Source: Polyangiales bacterium (lineage in GTDB: Bacteria; Myxococcota_A; Polyangia; Polyangiales; Houyiibacteriaceae). Taken from it: 64,000 bases of DNA. The position numbers and the translations under genes were made by a program. The stretch is from the NCBI GenBank assembly GCA_965227405.1, contig OZ245758.1, positions 2,868,338 through 2,932,337 of the forward strand, written 5' to 3'. This document shows, piece by piece, positions 58,762 through 64,000 of this stretch (position 1 is its first letter; each line of letters starts with the position of its first letter). Under the pieces are notes generated by a model. The model saw nothing but the letters and a program-made list of their open reading frames with translations. It was not told the DNA's origin and did no database searches.

Positions 58762-59449
58762 GGTACTCGACTCATTGATGGCGTCGTGGAGCACGACGTC
58801 CCAGGTTTCGTTCCTGGACGCCGTTCGGCTGCTGCTTGCAGCGTTCGTGTGCGGACAGGTTCTCGCTTGGTCGTATGAGCGCACCTACCGCGGGCTGAGT
58901 TACTCGCGTTCGTTCGGGCACACCATCGTTCTCATCACGGTGGCATCAGCGGCGTTCGTGATGGCGATTGGGCGCAACTTCTACGCAGGTCTCGGACTGC
59001 TCGGCGTGCTTTCGATGATCCGTTTTCGAACCACGCTCAAGACTCCGCGCGACTTGGTGTTCCTCTTAGGCGGAGCCACCAGCGGTGTGGCAAGCGGTAT
59101 CGATTCGTTGATGGTTGCTGCCGCGGGCACGCTCGCATTTGCCGGTGTGGCGATTTACCTGCACCACGGGCCGCTTGGTGCTCGAAAGCGCTTCGACGGT
59201 GTTTTGCGTTTCCGCGTGGATAGCGAAGCCACGATCGACGAGCCCCTTCGTGGGCTTTTGGCCGACCACTGCCGCCGAACGGCGTTGATGAGTGTTGGTG
59301 AAGTTGCCCAAGGCCGCGAGATCGAGCACACCTACCAGGTCAAGTTCCAAAGTGAACAAGACCGTAGCGATCTGATGACAGCGCTGAGGGAAAAGCTGCA
59401 GGTGCGTGACGCGCGCCTCCTCTTGCAGGAGGTGACGCTTGAGTACTGA
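58754..59449 (+). CDS. DUF4956 family membrane protein
   Basis: Start at MPEVLDS, overlapping the VTC stop. It has 3-4 TM helices and the conserved MIRFRTTLKTPRDLVFLL segment typical of DUF4956, the usual genomic partner of VTC-domain proteins. Confidence 0.6.
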   Translation: MPEVLDSLMASWSTTSQVSFLDAVRLLLAAFVCGQVLAWSYERTYRGLSYSRSFGHTIVLITVASAAFVMAIGRNFYAGLGLLGVLSMIRFRTTLKTPRDLVFLLGGATSGVASGIDSLMVAAAGTLAFAGVAIYLHHGPLGARKRFDGVLRFRVDSEATIDEPLRGLLADHCRRTALMSVGEVAQGREIEHTYQVKFQSEQDRSDLMTALREKLQVRDARLLLQEVTLEY

Positions 59450-60548
59450 TTCCAAGAAGACTCACCCGAAGAAGAAGCGTGTCGAGCTTGATGGCCGCGC
59501 ACTCTCGTTTGGCGTGTTCGTGCTCAGCCTGACCCTCTTGATCGGACTCGAGGTCCAGAGCGCTCCGGATGTCACCGTTGCGGCTGTGGCGCATGCACGC
59601 GCCGTGGAGCATCCTGCCCCCGCGCCGAGCACCGTTCGCGAAGTTCACGTTCAAAACGGTGAGCAGGTCGATGCCGGCACGCTCTTGGTGACGCTGGATG
59701 ACGAGGAGCTTCGTCGTTCGCTGCGCTACTTGGACATCGATATTGCCGTCGCGATCGAAGAAGGCCGTTTGGCTCAGGCACAGGTGGCCGATGAATCGTC
59801 GCGGCAGACCCTTGAAGCCCGGGCGCAACTTCGTGCCGCGATTCGCGATGCGGAGATCGTGCGTGGAGAGGTCGCATCGCACGAAGCGTTGGTCGTGACT
59901 GCGCAGGAAGCCGCCAATCGTGCAGAGACACTCAGCGAACAGCGCTTAGTGCAAAACGCAGCGGCTGAAGATGCACGTCGTCGCTTGGTCGAGATTGAAG
60001 CGTCGCGTTCGGCTGCCGAAGCACGACTGAACGCGGAGCTTCGCCGGTTGCGCCAGACCCAGCGCACCACCGACACCACGTCGAGCGAAGAACTCCTCAC
60101 CGCGACGGTTCGGCTTCACCAGAGTCGCCTCGAGTCGCTGCAGCTTCGTCGCCGTGACACCGCCGAGCAGATCGCACGACTTCAGGTTCACGCTGCGGCG
60201 CCTGGCGTGGTCGCGAACGTGCCTGACATGGGACGTGCGGTGGCGTTGGGTGAAAGCGTTGCGCGTATCGTTCCTCGACGCGCGACCGAGGTTGTGGCCT
60301 ACCTTTCGCCGGAGACCAACCCCGATGCGATCGTTGAAGGTCGTCGTGTGTTGATCGCGCAGGCGGAAGGCGATGCGTGCGCGGGTCAGTTGGTTCGCGG
60401 TGCAGGGGCCGAGGTCGTCACCATGCCCGGTCAAGCAGTGGCTGCGAATCGAATCGCGCCGACCGGTTTGCCCGTTCACGTGGCGCTGCCGCCGGAGTGT
60501 TCGCTCGGTGTCGGTCAGCTCGTGTGGGTGACGCTGGAAACCCAGTAG
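59439..60548 (+). CDS. HlyD-family membrane fusion (periplasmic adaptor) protein
   Basis: 369 aa with an N-terminal TM anchor, a biotin-lipoyl-like segment (HVQNGEQVDAGTLLVTLDD), a long coiled coil and a C-terminal beta-barrel-like region. Confidence 0.55.
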   Translation: MSTDSKKTHPKKKRVELDGRALSFGVFVLSLTLLIGLEVQSAPDVTVAAVAHARAVEHPAPAPSTVREVHVQNGEQVDAGTLLVTLDDEELRRSLRYLDIDIAVAIEEGRLAQAQVADESSRQTLEARAQLRAAIRDAEIVRGEVASHEALVVTAQEAANRAETLSEQRLVQNAAAEDARRRLVEIEASRSAAEARLNAELRRLRQTQRTTDTTSSEELLTATVRLHQSRLESLQLRRRDTAEQIARLQVHAAAPGVVANVPDMGRAVALGESVARIVPRRATEVVAYLSPETNPDAIVEGRRVLIAQAEGDACAGQLVRGAGAEVVTMPGQAVAANRIAPTGLPVHVALPPECSLGVGQLVWVTLETQ

Positions 60549-61735
60549 TGCGTGCACTCAGCTTGGTGGTGCTGCTCTGCGCGTGTGGGGGCAGTCACTC
60601 TCAGTTTCGAGAGCGCGCCAACGCAGCTAGTGCGCCTGTCAGCGACGATCCGAGCGTGCGTGCTGCACAGGCCCGCTTTCGTGCGGCGTCGCATCACGCC
60701 AGCCAACCCCAGGGTTTCGAAGAGATGCAGCTGCGGGTGCAGGACCTCTCTCGCGACGAAGTCGGTGGTCCGGATGGTGTGACCCTTCGAGCTCGTGTCC
60801 CGATCCCGAACCCGTGGGAATCCCGACGCATTCGCCAGTCGCGTGAGCATCGTGTCGAAGCTGCGCTGGCCGACGTGGAACTGACCTCGGTGCGTGCGCG
60901 GGCAGAGCTGTGCACCCGCGTGGTGGACTACACCGCGAGCACTGCGGCACGCGAACTCCAGGACACCTACGCAGCCAAGATGCGCGAGGTGCTCACATGG
61001 GCGGATCGTGTCGCCGAAGCGGGCGTGCTCGACGTGTTGCAAGCCGCGGAACTGACGTTGGAGATTCGACGACGTCTCGCTGGACTTCGAGAGCCCCCGC
61101 CGATCGACGATGAACCGCCCGGAAGTGGCACGCTCATGTCGTTGGATGCTCCAACGGGTGAGCTGCAACGTTCGACCGAGTCGCTGCGCACCTACTTTGA
61201 AAACGGCCATCCGGCGATGAATCTGCACTTGGCCGAAGCGCGTTCGTATCGCTCGTTGGCGCAACGTGAGCGTGCGCGCGTCGCACCGTGGTTTGATTTT
61301 GTCGAAGTGCTCTTTCGTACCGGACAGGGTGCCGGCGCAGTCGAAACGCGCTTGGCCTTCAACATCCCGTTGGCTGTGCGACCGCGACAAGCCGCAGGGC
61401 GGTACGAAGCACTTGCGGACGCGGAAGAGTACGAAGCCGAAGCATCCGTCGCGCAACTGCGACGCGAAGCGGGCCGAGCGTTGGCGGCACTCGCGCACTA
61501 CGAGGAGCGCCTCGAAACGTTGGCGGATCTAAACCGGCATGCGGATCAGGCAATGGCGATTGCCGATCGGGCGCAAGAAGCGGGTGTGGGAGATCCCTCA
61601 GCAGTCAGTGACCTGTATGCAGAGATCTTTGCATCGCGGTCGTTGGTGTTGAGTGCTCGACGCGATGCGAGCCTCGCCGAGTGCGACCTGTTGATGGCGA
61701 CAGGACTGACCGCGCGCGAGTGGCCGCGGGACTAG
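60548..61735 (+). CDS. outer-membrane efflux (TolC-like) protein, tentative
   Basis: GTG start overlapping the HlyD stop. Lipobox-like LVVLLCACGGS. Helical repeats with ELTLEIRRRLAGL-type segments. Only about 395 aa, short for a canonical outer-membrane factor. Confidence 0.35.
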   Translation: MRALSLVVLLCACGGSHSQFRERANAASAPVSDDPSVRAAQARFRAASHHASQPQGFEEMQLRVQDLSRDEVGGPDGVTLRARVPIPNPWESRRIRQSREHRVEAALADVELTSVRARAELCTRVVDYTASTAARELQDTYAAKMREVLTWADRVAEAGVLDVLQAAELTLEIRRRLAGLREPPPIDDEPPGSGTLMSLDAPTGELQRSTESLRTYFENGHPAMNLHLAEARSYRSLAQRERARVAPWFDFVEVLFRTGQGAGAVETRLAFNIPLAVRPRQAAGRYEALADAEEYEAEASVAQLRREAGRALAALAHYEERLETLADLNRHADQAMAIADRAQEAGVGDPSAVSDLYAEIFASRSLVLSARRDASLAECDLLMATGLTAREWPRD

Positions 61736-61744
61736 CTCTAAGAC

Positions 61745-62242
61745 GTGGGTAAGCCGAAGAAGCAGAAGTACGACGAGATGTTGTTCTTCTCGATCGCGAA
61801 GCCTGACGTCGATGCGGTGTTGAGGAAGGTCTTGGACGAACAGCGATACCTACTCGGTGTCGACGTTGTGGAAGAAAACGAGGTTTCGGTCCGGCATGTT
61901 CATTGGAGACGCGACGCACCGCCGATCAAGATCGATGAAGTGACCGGCAAGCTCGCGAAGCTCCGTATCGAGACAGCGCTCGAAGATCTGCAAGAGGTCG
62001 TCGATGCAAATCCCTACGCGTGGTTCACGCAATCTCCGCAGGAGGTGCGCGCACTGCGGCAGAGACTCAAGCAAGCATCCACTGTGGTGCGTTTTCGCCA
62101 CCCCGACGTGGGTATGGGTTGGCGTGGACCGTTCCGGGTGAGTCGTGCGCTTGCGGGCAAGCTTCGCTTCCAGTCAGGCGGAGTGTTGAAGCTCGCCGAC
62201 TACAGCTTCGAAACCCCCGGCGGTAAAGTCATCGGCCGCTAG
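61745..62242 (+). CDS. hypothetical protein
   Basis: 165-aa soluble ORF, last gene before repeat copy C. No domain recognised. Confidence 0.35.
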   Translation: MGKPKKQKYDEMLFFSIAKPDVDAVLRKVLDEQRYLLGVDVVEENEVSVRHVHWRRDAPPIKIDEVTGKLAKLRIETALEDLQEVVDANPYAWFTQSPQEVRALRQRLKQASTVVRFRHPDVGMGWRGPFRVSRALAGKLRFQSGGVLKLADYSFETPGGKVIGR

Positions 62243-63413
62243 GTGTAAATTATGGGGACAGGTTCATTAATGAACCGACCCATGATCGCTAAGCATGCGA
62301 AATTGCTGAAACTGGTGACGGCTCACGTGTGCGTCACGCAAAAGCCACGTGTTCGTGATGAGCCGTTTGGGGGAGTCGCTCGTAGAACCGAGCAGGCGAC
62401 GGCGCGCGCTATCTCCAATTCTCCATCCCCAATTGCCGCGCGCGTCGTCGCCCTCCTTCGAGAGCTACGAGGCTTTGGCTTCGAGCAGCGCTTCGACCGG
62501 GGCAAACCGTTGGGTTAGCTGCGCCATGACGTCGGTCACATCCACGCTCATGCGTTCGCTGAAAAGCGTCAGATCGAGCACCAAGTTGCTGACCGCCATT
62601 TCGATCAGCGACGGCTCGTCGGTCACCACCGCACGGTTGTCGTTGGTTTCCTGCGCGCCACCGACCAACAACTCATTTCGATCGACCAAGAGGATGATCT
62701 TGTGTTCCCAATGTGCGGCGAGCGAGTCGGGGTCGATGTCGTAGGTGAGTGTGCGTCCCACGTTAGGTAACGGTGTAAACGAGAAGAGAGTTACGTCCAC
62801 GCCGCGATCGACCGCATCTTGTAGTGCTTTCTCAAAGTGACGAGCTTCGCGTCCCCAGACCGACGCCACGACAGTGGACTTCGCTTTCTCGATCTTCTGA
62901 ACTGCCTGCTCGAGCATCGCTTCGTACCCTTCCACCGTCCACGTCACCGAAGTGTCGGGCTTGTCGGCGAGACGATCGATGCCTCCACGAAGTGACTCGA
63001 GGCTGCGCGTGAAACGTGTTTCGAGAAGCGCAAAGAGTTTCTCAGGCGCGAGCGGAACGTAGCGTGCTGGCTTTTCTTGAACTGCGTTGATCAGTCCCAA
63101 GCTTTGGAGCCGCTTGAGTACGTTGTAGATGGCCGAGCGCGGCACACCCGATTGCGTCGCCAGTTCATAGCCCGTTGCCGGGTTGGTCTTGAGGAGCGCG
63201 ACGTACGCTCGCGCATCGGTCGCTGTGAAGCCGAGCTGCTTCATCGCGGCGACAACCTTCTCCTCAACCTCCTGGGCCATACGATCGGCATACTGGACTC
63301 TGAAGCGTCACGCAAACATGAGTTACGCCGGAGGCAAGCCAGGTCAGTGTGGTTTCAAGCACTTAGCGATCACGGGTCGGTTCATTCCTGAACCTGTCCC
63401 CGAAATTTACACG
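62243..63413. mobile_element. 1.17-kb element bounded by about 47-bp inverted repeats of the GGGGACAGG-hairpin family (copy C), carrying a TrmB-family regulator gene
   Basis: The left arm is gtgtaaattatggggacaggttcattaatgaaccgacccatgatcgc. The reverse complement of the right arm is gtgtaaatttcggggacaggttcaggaatgaaccgacccgtgatcgc. The arms align with those of copy A (GGGGACAGGTT, palindrome, ACCGACCC, then GATC). The interior has visibly lower GC than the flanks. Confidence 0.6.
62465..63280 (-). CDS. TrmB-family transcriptional regulator
   Basis: 271 aa. The N-terminal winged helix (LGFTATDARAYVALLKTNPATGYELATQSGVPRSAIYNVLKRLQSLGLI) is the TrmB signature, and a C-terminal effector-binding-like domain follows. 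Confidence 0.7.
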   Translation of the reverse strand: MAQEVEEKVVAAMKQLGFTATDARAYVALLKTNPATGYELATQSGVPRSAIYNVLKRLQSLGLINAVQEKPARYVPLAPEKLFALLETRFTRSLESLRGGIDRLADKPDTSVTWTVEGYEAMLEQAVQKIEKAKSTVVASVWGREARHFEKALQDAVDRGVDVTLFSFTPLPNVGRTLTYDIDPDSLAAHWEHKIILLVDRNELLVGGAQETNDNRAVVTDEPSLIEMAVSNLVLDLTLFSERMSVDVTDVMAQLTQRFAPVEALLEAKAS

Positions 63414-63945
63414 ATGCGATCTTCCTCAATGCGTCGGTGCAACCTCGTGTTCGGAACGCGTGTTGTGCGCGTTCTGGAAGTCGCCACAGCGCCGCTGCGT
63501 AGCGTTCGTCGTCCTCGGTCGTCCACGGTTCGCCGACGAACTGCGCGAACGCTTGTGATGCACGCACCACGTCCTGGAGTTGTCGTCCAAGGTCGGCCTC
63601 GTCGCGATGACGCGTGGTGTGTCCGATGTGCTCGCTTGGATCCAAGTCGGCGTTGAGTCGCTTTGCTTCGTCTTCGCTCAGCTCGAGTTCAGCCGTTCCG
63701 TGTCGTACCTGCCAACGCCACACGTTTGCCAATTGACCCCAGGCATCGTCACCACCGTGGAGTTGTCGGATCCAAACCAAACACGCGTCAAGTGCGCTCG
63801 CTTGCCGAAACTGACGCGCGCGCTGGATGACGAAGGGCTCGATCGCACCCGCCAGGTCCGGATACACCGCAAACCAAGACTCGTGGTCCACGTCGTCACG
63901 GTGTTCTGCTGCGCGGCGAAACGCGCGCTTGTACTCGTCACACAC
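63382..63945 (-). CDS. hypothetical protein
   Basis: 187-aa ORF. Its last six codons and stop (RGQVQE*) are encoded by the right inverted repeat of copy C. Confidence 0.3.
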   Translation of the reverse strand: MCDEYKRAFRRAAEHRDDVDHESWFAVYPDLAGAIEPFVIQRARQFRQASALDACLVWIRQLHGGDDAWGQLANVWRWQVRHGTAELELSEDEAKRLNADLDPSEHIGHTTRHRDEADLGRQLQDVVRASQAFAQFVGEPWTTEDDERYAAALWRLPERAQHAFRTRGCTDALRKIASCKFRGQVQE

Positions 63946-64000
63946 GGTGTACAGAAGGTGAGGCGCGAGTACGTCGCGTAGCTCCGGTTTGGTTGCCCAG

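Noticed and set aside
62318-62340. GTGACG-gct-CACGTG-tgc-CGTCAC nested palindrome inside element C, downstream of the TrmB stop
   Set aside because: It could be a terminator or operator, but it is short, lacks a U-tract, and was seen only once. It is noted within the element rather than called as a separate feature.
62252-62518. 88-aa ORF starting MGTGSLMNRP, encoded partly by the left inverted repeat of element C
   Set aside because: The start and first 13 codons are simply the repeat sequence. The rest overlaps the 3' end of the TrmB gene on the other strand. Likely spurious.

Overview
This 64 kb window is high-GC (about 65-70% by eye) and densely coding on both strands, with no rRNA, tRNA or CRISPR array detected. 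The gene content suggests a Myxococcota-like chromosome (not verified): a Ser/Thr kinase fused to an AAA_16/TPR module, PilZ, many lipoproteins and VWA proteins, long coiled-coil regions, and large GTGA/ATGA-coupled operons. I call about 58 CDS, largely housekeeping or accessory metabolism. Recognisable genes include clpB, trkA/trkH, two gamma-glutamyltransferases plus gshB, an MbnP/MbnH-like periplasmic pair, an Fpg/Nei glycosylase next to an FeS-type photolyase, a TetR regulator with an SDR, and a VTC/DUF4956/HlyD/outer-membrane-factor operon. Three things stand out as unexplained by ordinary annotation:

1. A family of short elements bounded by terminal inverted repeats whose core is GGGGACAGG followed by a small palindrome. 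There are three copies (264 bp, 105 bp and a 1.17 kb copy). Each sits at a 3' gene end, with flanking stop codons inside or beside the repeats. The large copy carries a lower-GC TrmB-family regulator gene as cargo.

2. An 8-gene, 13.5 kb translationally coupled operon: a cation:proton antiporter-like protein, TrkA, TrkH, a giant 1554-aa protein, an MscS channel, a PLP enzyme of the ACC-deaminase/D-cysteine-desulfhydrase family, an ATP-grasp protein and a VWA lipoprotein.

3. The giant protein itself. It has a His-rich acidic N-terminus, a CPA2-type antiporter membrane domain, and about 1000 aa of coiled coil ending in a degenerate AAA_16/STAND-like NTPase module (Walker A lysine replaced by arginine, DDLHW changed to DGLHW).

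Coordinates for features outside the ORF track were counted by hand and may be off by a few bases. All domain calls come from motif recognition in the translated ORFs, not from database searches.
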